NCBI RefSeq assembly: GCF_028641065.1
Contig: NC_073386.1
Location: forward strand, 11,656,001-11,720,000
Reading direction: 5' to 3'
DNA length: 64,000 nucleotides
Origin: Leucoraja erinacea
Lineage: Eukaryota
This document shows positions 36,501-49,362 of the stretch, piece by piece. Positions within the stretch are counted from its first letter, which is position 1. Every line of letters begins with the position of its first letter. A program made the translations under genes and the position numbers. The notes beneath the pieces are model-generated. The model was not told the DNA's origin, did no database searches, and saw nothing but the letters and a program-made list of their open reading frames with translations.

Positions 36501-38904
36501 TGGTTTATGTCCCCCTCTTTTCGGGCACCCCAAAATGTGTCACCTCACAGCTTTCAGAATTTTATCCATCTTCCATTGCCCTGTCTAACCTCTCCTCTCG
36601 TCTGGTCAATATAATTCTGTAACCCATGACTGCCTTTCTCACCATCAACGGCATCACCAGTCTCCAAGTCATTTCTAATGTTACTAATCATATCTCGTAC
36701 ACTCACATCTAAGTCATAAATTAATCTACAGCAAACACCAAGGGTCCCAACACCAATAGCCATTGTACACCACTGGTCACAGGTTTCCAACCATAAAAAC
36801 AAACCTCCACTATTACCCTCTGTCACTCAATGCCAGGACAGGTTTGGATCAAATGTGCCAATTTTACCTTGGTCCCCTTGGTTCTAAATCTTGTTTCCAA
36901 CCTCCCCTGTGGGATTTCATCATTTATTGTACAGTTTCTGGGTCGTGTATTAATATAATTTTGTTCTAGACATACAGCGTGGAATCAGGCCCTTCGGCAC
37001 ACCGAGTCCACTCCAGCCATCGATCACCTGCGCATTAGTTCTGTATCCTACACACTAGGTGCAACTTACAGAAGCCAATTAACCCACATACCTGGATGCC
37101 TTTGGAATTTGGAAGATTGAAGATGAGTGTGGCCCACATGAATCGCCTTGACCAAACAACAGTAAATAGGGGTTAGGAAAATACCTCTGACATTTAATTG
37201 CAAGAATTCCAATCTGTGGAATTCTCTGCTACAGAAGGCAGTGGAGGCCATTTCACTGGATATTTTCCAGAGAGAGTTAGATATCACTCTTAGGGCTAAA
37301 GGAATCAAGGGATATGGGGAGAAGGCAGGAACGAGGTACTGATTTTGGATGATCAGCCATAATCATATTTAATGGCGCTGCTGGCTCGAAGGATCGAATG
37401 GCCTACTCCTACACCTATTTTCTATGTTTCTATGTTTCTGAGATGTTTGTGGGCAACATTGCTATTCGTGCATTTAAAAACAAACTTGTAATAGAGCAAC
37501 ATAATGTTACCCTTCAAAATACAATTATTTATTCTGCCATGAAGCCTTATCAAAAGTTGAGCCATTTCAGCAATAATCTTCCTTTAAATTTTGTATTATG
37601 GGATGAGTTAATTGAGCAAAGTGCAGAAATAGGTCTTTGAATCTTGGCTTGGGTCATGGTAACCCCAGAATGCTCTCAAGTAATTATATTGTGATTGAGA
37701 GGATAAGACTGACTGATTGCAATATCTTACAGGAAACCACAGCATGCAGATCCTGATGAGTCAATTAAGGCAAAAGGCCTTCTCGAAGTGGATCAATTCC
37801 TGCAACCAATGTGACAAATCAGCTAAACAGTGATCGGTTTAAAAAACCTATTCTTACTGTAATTAAGTTCTGCATGACCCAGAATGTTCCAGATAATCGA
37901 TGTTTTTTTTTGCACTGTTCACAAAGAAAAGTTTAGATCCTTTTCTTAACCCCAACATAGAGTCTTAGAGCTTGGAAACAGGCACTTCGGCCCAACTTGC
38001 CCACACCGGCCAACATGTTTCAGCTATGCTGGTCACACCTGCCCGTGTTTGGCCCATATCTCTCTAAACCTGTCCTATCCATGTACCTGTCTAACAGTTT
38101 CTTCAACCTTGGGATATTCCCTGACTCAACTACCTCCTTTGGCAGTTCGTTCCATACCCCTCAGATTCCTATCAATTTCTTCCCCTTCACCTTAAACCTA
38201 CATCCTCTGTTTCTCTATTCTCCTACTCTGGGCAAGAGATTCTGTGCATCTACCCGATCTATTCCTCTCATGATCTTATACACCTCTATAAATGTGAAAA
38301 TTGTTATTATCAAAGTATTATTATAACTAATTTTCACATATTAACCTACATCAAAATATTTATTCTCAGTCTGTGCACGCTGCCCGATTTGATCCAATCT
38401 TAGAGGTATTTCCAACTTTAATAATGTTGTGATCATGATTCTCTCTCAACCAGTTGTTCAGTATCAAGCTCTAATTTTTATTTTATTCATCTGGAATGAA
38501 TAAAGGTCAAGTAATCTAAGTATTTTCTAAGCTGACTATAACTTTTATTCAGCACCGAGTGATTTGTTAAATTGTATTAAAGTTTGCACTGTAGATAAGA
38601 TAAAATTACTATTTCTGAAATGCAACCCCTGCAAAATTGCCATTTTTCTTATAGATTCTAAACTAACAAAATATATTCTACACTTTACCGCATTGTGTGA
38701 TAAAGGAAATTTGAAATAGCAGGGTTTGTTGGCACTGTACTTTATTAATAAATTCATTTTACAAAAACTGCTTTTAGGTTGACATGAACTAAAGTATTCT
38801 GTGCATTTCCTATTAGGCACATTTTAACTTTCTCATTAATTCTACATTTACCTTAGTATCTGCCTTAGCTTTAGATTTGACATCAGAATTGTAAAATACA
38901 TAGT

Positions 38905-39675
38905 ATAAGTGTACAAAATCATGAGAGGAATAGATTGGGTTTAGTTTAGTTCAGTTTTAAAGAGATACAGCGCAGAAACACGCCCTTCGGCCTACTGAGT
39001 CCGCACCGACCAACGATCCCCGCACATTAACACTACCTTACATACAGCGAAGATAATTTTACATTTAACATTCATACCAAGCCAATTACCCTACAAACCT
39101 GTACGTCTTTGGTGTGGGAGGAAACCGAAGATCTCGGGGAAAACCTACATAGGTCATGGGGGGGAACAGACAAACCCCGTACAGACAAGCACCATAGTCA
39201 GGATCGAACCCAGGTCTCTGGTGCTGTAAAGCAGTAGCTCTACCGCTACGCCACCATGCCGCCCTAGACGCAGAGAGCCTCTCTTGCCCAGAATCGAGAA
39301 CCAGAGGACGTAGGTTTAAGGTGGGGGGGGGGGGGGGGGGTGAGGGAGGGGAGTGAGGGGAGGGAGGGGGGGGGGTGGGGGGGGGGGGGGGGGGGGAGGG
39401 GGCGGCGTGGGGGGGAGGGGGGGAATTTAATAGAAAACTGAGGGGTGACTTTTTCACACAAAGGGTCATGGGTGTATAGAACGAGCTGTCGGTGCAGATT
39501 GTGAGGCAGGTACTATCGCAATGTTTAAGAAACATTTAGACAGTAACGTAGATAGGACAGGTTTGGAGGGATATTGGTCAAATGCAGGCAGGTGGGACTA
39601 GTGTAGCTGAGACATGTTGGCTGGTGTGGGCAAATTGGGCCGAAGGGCCTGTATCCAGGCAAGTATGACTCTATA
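38905..39675 (+). mobile_element. CR1 3' fragment containing a minus-strand HE1 SINE (38940-39263) and an expanded G-tract
   Basis: CR1 sequence is continuous across the SINE; G-rich run at 39321-39423. Confidence 0.8.
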
Positions 39676-40611
39676 CCTCACATTACCACCATATTTCTCC
39701 AGACTCCCTCATCCTGACCGAGCATAGTACCATTCCTGAACCTTCACACATATTAGGCGACATTGTGCAAAGATAATCTCCAGCAATAATGTAATAAATC
39801 GGCAGAGAAGCAGATAAGCAATAGGGGTGTTTTAAGCCATTCTGGGCTATTTCACAGCCTTGTGTAAAGGGTTTATGCATACCTTGCTTAGAGTATACTT
39901 TATATAAGTATGCACTGTAACAGAAAACAACAAGACCAGAGCAACTAATGCACCTGACATTAAATGCACTGACATGTATGCATCAGAGTTAGGACTCAGC
40001 GCAGATTGGAGGCTTTCTGAATCGCTGGCCGCTCATTAGTTGGCTCAGTAATCGCACAACATTCCTTGGCAGAGCAATCATTTATGAATAGCATGAGAAC
40101 CACAGGGGTTTAGCATTGAGAAAACAGAGTGAAGGTCTGTACCACAAGCACTCAGTAAATTAAGTTGTCACTTTTAATATACCTACTGGTCTATCATTCT
40201 ATTTGTGGAGGAGGGTTACTTTTCAAAAGTGCAGTTTTTAGCCAAAAAAAATAAATAGGTAAAGCAACCATCGTTTTTAGTTTTATAAATATCTAATAAA
40301 AGGTTATGCTACCCTGCTTCAGATTATAGAAAGGGATTGGACAATAAAATGCACCTATGTTTTTACTGATAACACAGCCCCATCTGTTTCTGGCACTCCC
40401 TGAATGCACTGTCCACGAGGAATTCCTTCAGCATCCATAACAAATATTATGAATCTCTGGAGCCTCCGGAAAATTCCCTCTCTTGCCATCCAAACATTCC
40501 ACTCACCCTGCATTGCTTGTTCATTTATGGTTTACTCACACATTGGACCATAAATGATATTTATATCATGCTGTCAGCCTTCAGTCACCTATTTCGAAGG
40601 ATCTTTTCCTA

Positions 40612-41168
40612 TTTCGAGGATGTTTTCAGGACTTGAGGGTCTGAGCCATGGGGAGAGGTTGAGCAGGCAAGGGATTTGTTCCCTGGAGTGCAGGAGGATG
40701 ATGGGTGATCTTATAGAGGTGTACAAAATCATGAGGGGAATAGATCGGGTAAAGTGTTCGGCACGGACTTGAAGGGACGAGATGGCCTGTTTCCGTGCTG
40801 TAATTGTTATATGGTTATATGGTTAAATGCACAGTCTTTATGCCCAGAATAGGGGAATCGAGAACCAGAGGACATGGGTTTAGGATGAGGGTGGTGGGGG
40901 GGAGGAGGGGGGGAGATTCAATAGGATCTTAATAGGGAAACTTTTTGTACACAAACGGTGATAGGTATATGGAACAAACTGCCGGAGAGGTGGTTGAGGC
41001 AGGTGCTATCGCAACATTTAAAAACATTTGGACAGGGACAGGAATAGGATCGGTTTAGAGGGATATGGATCAAACGCAGGGAAGTGGGACTCGTGTAGAT
41101 GGGGCATGTTGGTCAGCATGGAAAAGTTGGACCAAAAGGCCTATTTCCACGTTGTATGACTCCATAAC
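40612..41168 (+). mobile_element. CR1 LINE 3' fragment
   Basis: ORF 40554-40772 ends LEGLSHGERLSRQGICSLECRRMMGDLIEVYKIMRGIDRV. Confidence 0.85.
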
Positions 41169-41259
41169 TCCATAACCAGCACATTTGTTTAGCTTTTTCT
41201 TTTAAAATTATGCTTTCATACAAGGAGCTATTGTTGACCAGGAAAGATGGTTGAGTAAA

Positions 41260-41760
41260 TACCACAATCAGCATCAGTGCAGATGTAGAAATGGTTGAGG
41301 GGTCCAAGTTCCTTGGCGTGAATATTATGGATGAGGTGTCGTGGACCAACTACATTGGTGCAGTAGCCAAGAAGGCACACTGGCGCCCCTACTTCCTGAG
41401 GAAAGACTTAGGAAATTCAGCATGTACCCACTTTTGCATGGGCACCATAGAGAGCATACTGTCGGGTTGCATCACAGCATGCTTTGGGAATAGCTCTACC
41501 CAAGACCATAAGGAATTATAGGGGGTTGTAGAAATCAGCCTAAAGCCTCACACAGACCACATTTCCCACCGTTGACTTTGTCGACACTTCGTGCTGCGTC
41601 AAAAAAATCAGTCAGCATAATCAAAGACTTGGTCATTACTTCTTCCAGCTCATATCTGGCAGAGGTACAGAAGCTTGAAAAAGCACAGCGCTGGACTCAG
41701 GAACAGCTTCCTCTCCTTCATTATTAGGCTACTGAATGGTCCTTCCATAAACTAGAGTAC
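41260..41760 (+). mobile_element. Degraded Rex1/Babar fragment
   Basis: KFLGVNIMDEVSWTNYIGAVAKKAHWRPYFLRK...IESILSGCITACFGN. Confidence 0.75.
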
Positions 41761-42699
41761 TGTCTGACTCACCTCCCACCCCAAGGTTTTGACCCGAATC
41801 GTTGCCTATTTCCTTCGCTCCATAGATGTTGCTGCACCCACTGAGTTTCTCCAGCTTTTTTGTGTACCTTCGATTTTCCAGCATCTGCAGTTCCTTCTTA
41901 ATCATCTCCAAAATTGTGGAAATTGGACTTTGTCTAAGGATTTGATGCACTACAATGCGCTACAATGCTGAGAACTATATCCTGCACACTGTATCTTTCC
42001 CTTCACTCTATCTATTGTACTTGAGGTCTTGAACTAATTGTATCTATGTATGGTATATCTGATCCGCTTGGATAGTATTGAGAAAACAAAGCTTTTGATA
42101 GACACAAAATGTGCATGTGTGTGTGTGTATGTATGAGCACCCTTACCTTGTGCACGGGTAGTCTAATTATATTTGTGTTTGTGTTGTATCCAAGTAGTAG
42201 ACATCAGTCTCCATCACCATGGACTTCCTTGCTGCTGGAGCAAGACCTTTATCTACCGAGCCAGCAAAGTAGCTGGTTTGCATTGGCCATGCCAGTTAAA
42301 ATAATTCACACACAGACATCTCCCATGCCTCACTGTGCTGGAAACAAGCCATCCTCACCTCAGGAGGAAGATAGTTCAAACTGCAAATGGAATATTTTAA
42401 TGTATCGGCCAAGGCAATGGAATACAAGAACAGATGATTGTGCTGAATCTTTCTCAAGCATTTGTGGAGCCACAGATACAATAGTTGGTGTCGTTCTGAC
42501 CACCATATCACAGGAAGGATGTGATAGTACAAGGGAGAATGTTGAATCAAAAGATATTGCCAGGATTGAAGGACGATTCAATCAAGGGGTTATGGGGAGA
42601 AAGCAGGAGAATGGGGTTAAGAGGGAAAGATAGACCTTGCACTTTTGCTGCCTGACCCGTGGAGTGCTTCCAGCATTTACTGTATTTAATTATAGATTA

Positions 42700-43017
42700 A
42701 AGTTCATAAGTTCATAAATGATAGGAAACAAATTAGGCCATTTGACCCATCAGGTCTACTCCGCCATTCAATCATGGCTAATCTATCTTTCCCTCATAAC
42801 CCTATTCTCCTACCTTCCCATTCATAAACACTCGTACTAATCAAGAATCTATCTATCTCTGCCTTAGACTTGGCCATTGACTTGGCTTCCACAGCCTTCT
42901 GTGGCAATGAATTCCTCAGATTTGCCACCCTCTGACTCAAGAAATTCCTCCTCATCTCCTTCCTGAAGGAACGACCTTTAATTCTGAGGCTATGACCTCT
43001 GGTCCTAGACTCTCTCA
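42700..43017 (-). mobile_element. CR1/HER1 3' fragment
   Basis: ORF 42794-43018 SRTRGHSLRIKGRSFRKEMRRNFLSQRV. Confidence 0.85.
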
Positions 43018-44248
43018 CAAGTTAACAAGTTAACTTTCAGAAGGATCAGAAGGGAATTCTGGAAGGAGTGTGAGGATTTAGAACTCACTGGCTGAAAGGA
43101 TGGTAACGGAGTGCGGCCAACCTGAGAAAGCTTTGGCTTTGAGCAGTGGGTCAGACACAGGAATAGGCACTATGTATCTTTTGTCCTTATGCATACGCAA
43201 AAATTGTGCATGTTTTTCTCCAGCCAATCCATTAATAATGCCATTTTCATTAATGTGGATTGCAGTGTGGACTCATTTTTATTATATACAGATTCTGAAA
43301 TCATCAATAATTTATGAATTCTCAAATATATATGTGGTTGCAGTTTAGTTATTTTTAATTAAATCTGAGAGTATCTGAAGCTAGATCACAAATGTTCTGC
43401 CAAGTGATTTTTGTGCAGAGAAACAAATTTCAAAACCGACCCAGATGGATTCGAATGGCACCCTTATTTTGGTGTTAAAATCATACTGTGCTCTGTGCAA
43501 TATCAGTGATGAATATGTTAAAGCGTTAAAACGTATAACATTCTTGCTTCTCCTATTTTATCAAAGGTGTTAACCTCTTCAAAATTATAATCTCTATTAA
43601 AACAACTGACAAGGGAATTTCATATAAGCATGTTAAAACATTTGTTGTGACCTATCAACGGTCAAAAGGTAGGCAAAATAGTAGCCACATTTGAGATTCG
43701 GGGCCGTAATTATTATTGGGCCGTGTGCTCATTTTTAAGTTGGGCAATGTTGTTTAATATGTTATTAACTCATAGTGCTAATAGATTTACTATCCAAGAT
43801 ATAATTCTTCACTCATTATCAAAATACAGTAGTACAAATAATGTCTCACATTTTAACCTATGTATCCTCTTGTGTCATAGTGGGAAATTACCTAGAAGCA
43901 ATACAGTTCTTATGGAATAGTCAACTTTGAAAAATAACAAATACATTTAAAAAAATGCATCTGTATGGCACCATGTCATTTTTTTCAAGACTTCACAAAT
44001 CACTTCACAGCCATTCAATTTTATATGCTGATTATTTTGTTTAAAAACATGGAGTTATCACTAAATTTGAATCATTGCTTGATATTCTTAATTACAATAA
44101 TTACAATGGTTAGTCATATAATTCTTCTTAGGGCCATCATTCTTGTTGGTAGGTCTCCTTGCTTTAGGAACCCTGTCTTCTAGTAGGTGCTGTAATACTC
44201 CCAGCTGGAGATTGCACAGTGTAATTTGTTAGGGGCTTATTTTAGTTT

Positions 44249-44875
44249 ACATAGAAACATAGAAACGTAGAAAATAGGTGCAGGAGTAGGCCATTCGGCC
44301 CTTCGAGCCTGCACCGCCATTCAATATGATCATGGCTGATCATCCAACTCAGTATCCCGTACCTGCCTTCTCTCCATACCCCCTGATCCCTTTAGCCACA
44401 AGGGCCACATCTAACTCCCTCTTAAATATAGCCAATTAACTGGCCTCAACTACCTTTTGCGGGAGAGAATTCCAGAGATTCACCACTCTCTGTGTGAAAA
44501 AGGTTTTCCTGATCTCGGTCCTAAAAGATTTCCCCTTTATCCTTAAACTGTGACCCCTTGTTCTGGACTTCCCCAACATCAGGAACAATCTTCCTGCATC
44601 TAGCCTGTCCAACCCCTTAAGAATTTTGTACGTTTCTATAAGATCCCCCCTCAATCTTCTAAATTCTAGCGAGTACAAACCGAGTCTATCCAGTCTTTCT
44701 TCATATGAAAGTCCTGACATCCCAGGAATCAGTCTGGTGAACCTTCTCTGTACTCCCTCTATGGCAAGAATGTCTTTCCTCAGATTAGGAGACCAAAACT
44801 GAACGCAATACTCCAGGTGTTGTCTCACCAAGACCCTGTACAACTGCAGTAGAACCTACCTGCTCCTATACTCGA
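44249..44875 (-). mobile_element. Young CR1/HER1 LINE 3' fragment
   Basis: ORF 44436-44843 HLEYCVQFWSPNLRKDILAIEGVQRRFTRLIPG; (catagaaa)n tail; nearly identical to 49363-49985. Confidence 0.92.
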
Positions 44876-44876
44876 A

Positions 44877-45174
44877 GTTTAGTTCAGAGATGCAGCCTGA
44901 AAAGAGGCCCTTCTGCCCACTGAGTCCACACTGGCCAGCAATTACCCTGTGCTATAGTTCTATCCCACACACTGGGGACAATTTACAGAAACCAATTAAC
45001 CTACCAACTTGCACGCCTTTGGAATGTGGAAGGAAACCAGACCACCCGGTGAAAACCCACGAGGTCACGGGGAGAACGTGCAAATTCCGTACAGACAGCA
45101 CCTATAGTCAGGATCGAACCTGGGTCTCCAGCGTTATAAAGCAACAATTCTACTGCTGCGTCACGGTGCTGCCC
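44877..45174 (-). mobile_element. HE1-like SINE
   Basis: Reverse-complement copy. Confidence 0.8.
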
Positions 45175-46005
45175 TACCAAAATCTGCTGAAATATAATCC
45201 AATAGCAAGAAAAACAGAATTGATGCAGTATCAAATCTATCGTTAGCAGAAAGACCAACCTAGGTGACTATTTGTGAGCTGGCCACAGAAGCAGATCTAT
45301 AATCACATATTACAATCACCCCACACTCTTAAATCTATATTCCTACAGATTCCCTTATCATGTATCTATGTACTGTAGATGGCTCGATTGTAATCCTGTA
45401 TTGTCTTTCCGCTGACTGGATGGCATGCACAATAAGCTAAACTGTAGCTGTAAGTTAAGCAAATAGTCATAGATGTGTTGTGCTTTGCAGTACAAGTAGC
45501 AAGCATTGCTTATGGCCTGTAAATTCCTCTGAGATTCCCAGTGATTGAGGAGAGCTGACAGACAACTCAACAAAATTATAAAATCGCAAGATAGAGGCTT
45601 TACCTTTTTTCAAAAATCACATGTTTAATCAAATTTCCCAACAGTAGCAGGTACAATGAAGGGGGGAAATGTATTATAAGTGCAAGCCTGCTTTTTGCAG
45701 GTGGTCTCACAACATGCTAAAACTCCCATGTAACCGTGAATTCTGATGCTCCATTACCATATATTCAGCACTGATACAGCATAAAGGCAACATGATGTAT
45801 TAACACTAAAAGTGCACTAAACAAGAACAAAACCATTCAGCTGGCACAATAATAATGAATGCACAAAACAATGGACTTTTAATATGAGAAATATCAGCTA
45901 ATCAAATATTTCCCCAAAAAATCAAATAGCTTTGCATTGTACTCTATCTCGCAGAAGAAGTACTTAGATTAAGTACGGGGTTTTTAAACATGTTTGGTTT
46001 TAAAC

Positions 46006-46108
46006 GAGGGTACACAAAAAAGCTGGAGAAAGTCAGTGGGTGCAGCAGCATCTATGGAGCGAAGGAAATAGGCAACGTTTTGGGCCAAAACCCTTCTTCA
46101 GACTGATC

Positions 46109-46139
<31 letters not shown>

Positions 46140-47100
46140 AAGAAAGGGAAAAGGAGGAGTAGCCAGAAGGCTGGAGGGTGGGAGGAGACAGCAGGGGGAC
46201 TGAGGACGGAGAGGAGACAGCAAGGACTAACAAAATTGGGAGAATCCGATGTTCATGCCCCCAGGATGCAGACTCCCCATGAGGTGCTGTTCCTCCAATT
46301 TCCGGTGTTGCTCGCTGTGGCCATGGAGAAGACCCAAGACAGAGAGTTCGGAGTGGGAGGGGGAGTTGAAGTGCTGAGCCACCGGGAGGTCAGCTTGGTT
46401 ATTGCGGACCGAGCGGAGGTGTTCGGCGAAATGATCGCCCAACTTCCGCTTGGTCTCACCGATATAGATCTGCTGACATCTAGAGCAGCGGATGCAATAG
46501 ATGAGGTTGGAGGAGATGCAGGTAAACCTCTGTCGCACCTGGAACGACTGCTTGGGTCCTTGAACGGAGTCGAGGGGGGAGGCAAAGGGACAAGTGTTGC
46601 ATCTCTTGCAGTTGCAAGGGAAAGTGCCCGGGGAGGGGGTGGTACGAGAGGGAAGGGAAGAATTGATAAGGGAGTTATGGAGGGAGCGGTCTTTGCGGAA
46701 GGCAGATATGGGGGGAGATGGGAAGATGTGGCGAGTGGTGGGGTCACGTTGGAGGTGGCGAAACTGACAGAGGATTACTTGTATGTGACGGCTGGTGGGG
46801 TGAAAGGTGAGGACTAGGGGGACTCTGCCCTTGTTGCGAGTGGGGGGATGGGGAGAGAGAGCGGGGTATGGAAGAGACCCTGGTGTGAGCCTCATCTATG
46901 GTGGAGGAGGGGAACCCCCGTTCCCTGAATAATGAGGACATTTCAGATGTCCTGGTGTGGAACGCCTCATCCGTGGAGCAGATGCGGTGTAGACGGAGGG
47001 AATTGGGTGTAGGGGATGGAGTCCTTCCAGGAAGCAGGGTGGGAAGAAGTGAAGTCCAGATAGCCATGGGAGTCAGTGGGTTTATAGTGGATAAACCCAC
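46006..47100 (-). mobile_element. Penelope-like retroelement, 3' part (RT thumb, GIY-YIG endonuclease, terminal repeat)
   Basis: ORF 46227-46895 RVPLVLTFHP...CNCKRCNTC...NLIYCIRCSRCQQIYIGETKRKLGDHFAEHL...VAQHFN; terminal repeat with hammerhead-like motif at 46070-46105. Confidence 0.92.
46227..46895 (-). pseudogene. Penelope-type GIY-YIG endonuclease ORF fragment
   Basis: LIY-(x)-YIG motif preceded by CxC/CxxC residues. Confidence 0.88.
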
Positions 47101-47774
47101 CATTGGTTTTAAATGAATATGTGCTTACGTTAAGGACACTTGAACAGAATAGGGTAGATGTGACCAGGAATAGAAATGGTTCATAATTTCTTACAGGGAC
47201 TGCTCACCTTCCTCAAAATACTTTGCTATGTTTAATGTTTTATAAGAAAGATGAAGAGTTTTCAAAGCGCGCTTCATTTTTCTGCAAATGTGAATGAAGA
47301 ATATGAATTTTGTCATCGTCAGATAAATTATGGCCATATCCATCATGTATAAAGAACACTGCATCAATGGGGAAACATAATTATAGTTACTAACCAACAA
47401 ATCACTTTTTTCCATTTGTTAAATGGTTCGTGGTAGGGGGGAACGGAAAGGAAAAATACAAAAAAGTATTTTTTTTCACATTTCTGTGAGTATGGCCATT
47501 TTTGGTTGCCTTGTTCACATCTTTAATCATGCAATGACATCCATCAATTACAAATGTCCCTTGCCACATGCACTTTGCTAACATTGCTCCAGTCAAGTCA
47601 ATTGATCTGTATGAAAGAGCTTGAATATGCAAGGTCCGCTTGTCAAAACGAAGACAAGCAGCACCATTGATTATCAGGCCTCCACTGCTGGTAACAACTC
47701 ATTACGGACCTATTCTCGAGGCCAGTGCTGCCAGACTGCTATCAGAGGCACCTATTTCAGTTCAGTGATGCCGA

Positions 47775-48115
47775 ATGGATAGAGCGGATGTGGAGAGGAT
47801 GTTTCCACTAGTGGGAGAGTCCAGGACTGGGGATCATAGCCTCAGAAATAGAGAACGTTCTTTGAGGAAAGAGATGAGGAGGAATTTCTTTAGTCAGAGG
47901 GTGGTGAATATGTGGAATTATTTGTCGCAGAAGGATGTGGAGGCCAAGTCAGTGGATATTTTTAAGGCAGAGATAGATAGATTCTTGATTAGTATGGGTG
48001 TTAGAGGTTATGGGCCGAAGGCAGGAGAATAGGGTTAGGAGAGAGATAGATCAGCTATGATTGAATGGCGGAGCAGACTTGAAGGGCCGAATGGCCTAAT
48101 TCTGCTCCTATCACT
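47775..48115 (+). mobile_element. CR1/HER1 3' fragment
   Basis: ORF 47775-48032 MFPLVGESRTGDHSLR...FFSQRVVNMWN. Confidence 0.85.
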
Positions 48116-48165
48116 TTTGATCATGAATATTCATTGCAGCCACTGAAGCAATGTATCCATTTCAA

Positions 48166-48350
48166 GATTGACACAAAATGCTGGAGTAACTCAGCGGGAC
48201 AGGCAGCATCTCTGGCGAGAAGGAATCGGGCCCTTCTTCAGACTTGAGTCACCCATTCCTTCTCTCCAGAGATGCCGCCTGTCCCGCTGAGTTACTCCAG
48301 CATTTTGTGTCTATCTTCGGTGTGTAACCAGCATCTGCAATTCCTTCCTA
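48166..48350. mobile_element. Inverted pair of Penelope-derived terminal fragments
   Basis: gacacaaaatgctggagtaactcagcgggacaggc / gcctgtcccgctgagttactccagcattttgtgtc is a long near-perfect palindrome; bracketed by tatccatttcaag direct repeats. Confidence 0.8.
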
Positions 48351-49362
48351 TCCATTTCAAGTATTCTACACTGAAAGCCTGCGGAGATACTAGATTGATG
48401 CAAAAGTGCTTCAATGTGTGTTAAATGCATGCAGTTCTGGGCAATGTAATTAAATGTTCTGATAATCCACTTTCAGTTGAGAAACACACGTCCAAAATAG
48501 GAGCATAATTATGGATTTGTATTCTTTCGTTGAATTTCGGGTGAAATCAAATGAAAGCTAACGCATTATTTCTTGAGTGACAAATAAAACAGGTATTCAT
48601 TCCCCAGCAAAGTTCAGATGACCTGTGGAATTGCTGTACCTCCTGCAACCGCCCTCCAATATCTACAGGCCCCGCTCTAGTTATAAAGATGATGCAGATT
48701 AATCTGTTACTTAGAAACATAGAAAATATGTAACAGTTCTGCTCAAGAAAATTGCAAGAAATTCCCCATTGACTTCCAGCTTTTTCGCCTCTACTACTTT
48801 CTTTTCCAACTTTCTCCCCTGTCTATAATAACTCTGAAGCAGTGTTCCATCCCAAAACATTGCTGTCCATTCCCTCCACAGACACTGCCTGAACCATTGA
48901 GTTCCTCCACAATTTTGTGTTTCACTCAGGATCCCTGCATCTGCAGTTCCTAGGCCTAGGTGCCACATTTTCGGGGAGGACTTCCAGGGTGGATTTCAAA
49001 TGCACTCACGTAATTTTGTCCAGATTAAGGGAGCCGCCAGACCGCCAGTTGCCGGAAAATCGGTGGTGGATGTAGATATTTTACACACAGCTGGAGTCTG
49101 CTGCAGAGGACTCTAGAGACTGACTGGTGATTCTGAGCCCTGCTCCTAGCAACCCTTGAGACTTTACTTGACATTGACCACCACTATTAAAACTTCCCTT
49201 CAATGGCCCCAACACCACATCTACCGACACTGAATACTTCAGGCACTATTGTCATGCTGCAAATTTTGGAGATCTGAAATAGGGCTCCCTTGTGCAGGGA
49301 TATGATAGTGGCATTTAAGAGGCTTTTAAATGGGCATAAGAAAAAGCATGGGATGGACGGAT

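Noticed and set aside
39086-39535. Proline-rich 149-aa ORF
   Set aside because: It is the antisense reading of a G-tract plus SINE and CR1 sequence.
42109-42633. 174-aa ORF as a host gene
   Set aside because: It starts in a TG microsatellite, ends in degraded CR1 sequence and has no recognisable domain.
46236-46817. 193-aa plus-strand ORF
   Set aside because: It is the antisense shadow of the Penelope GIY-YIG ORF.
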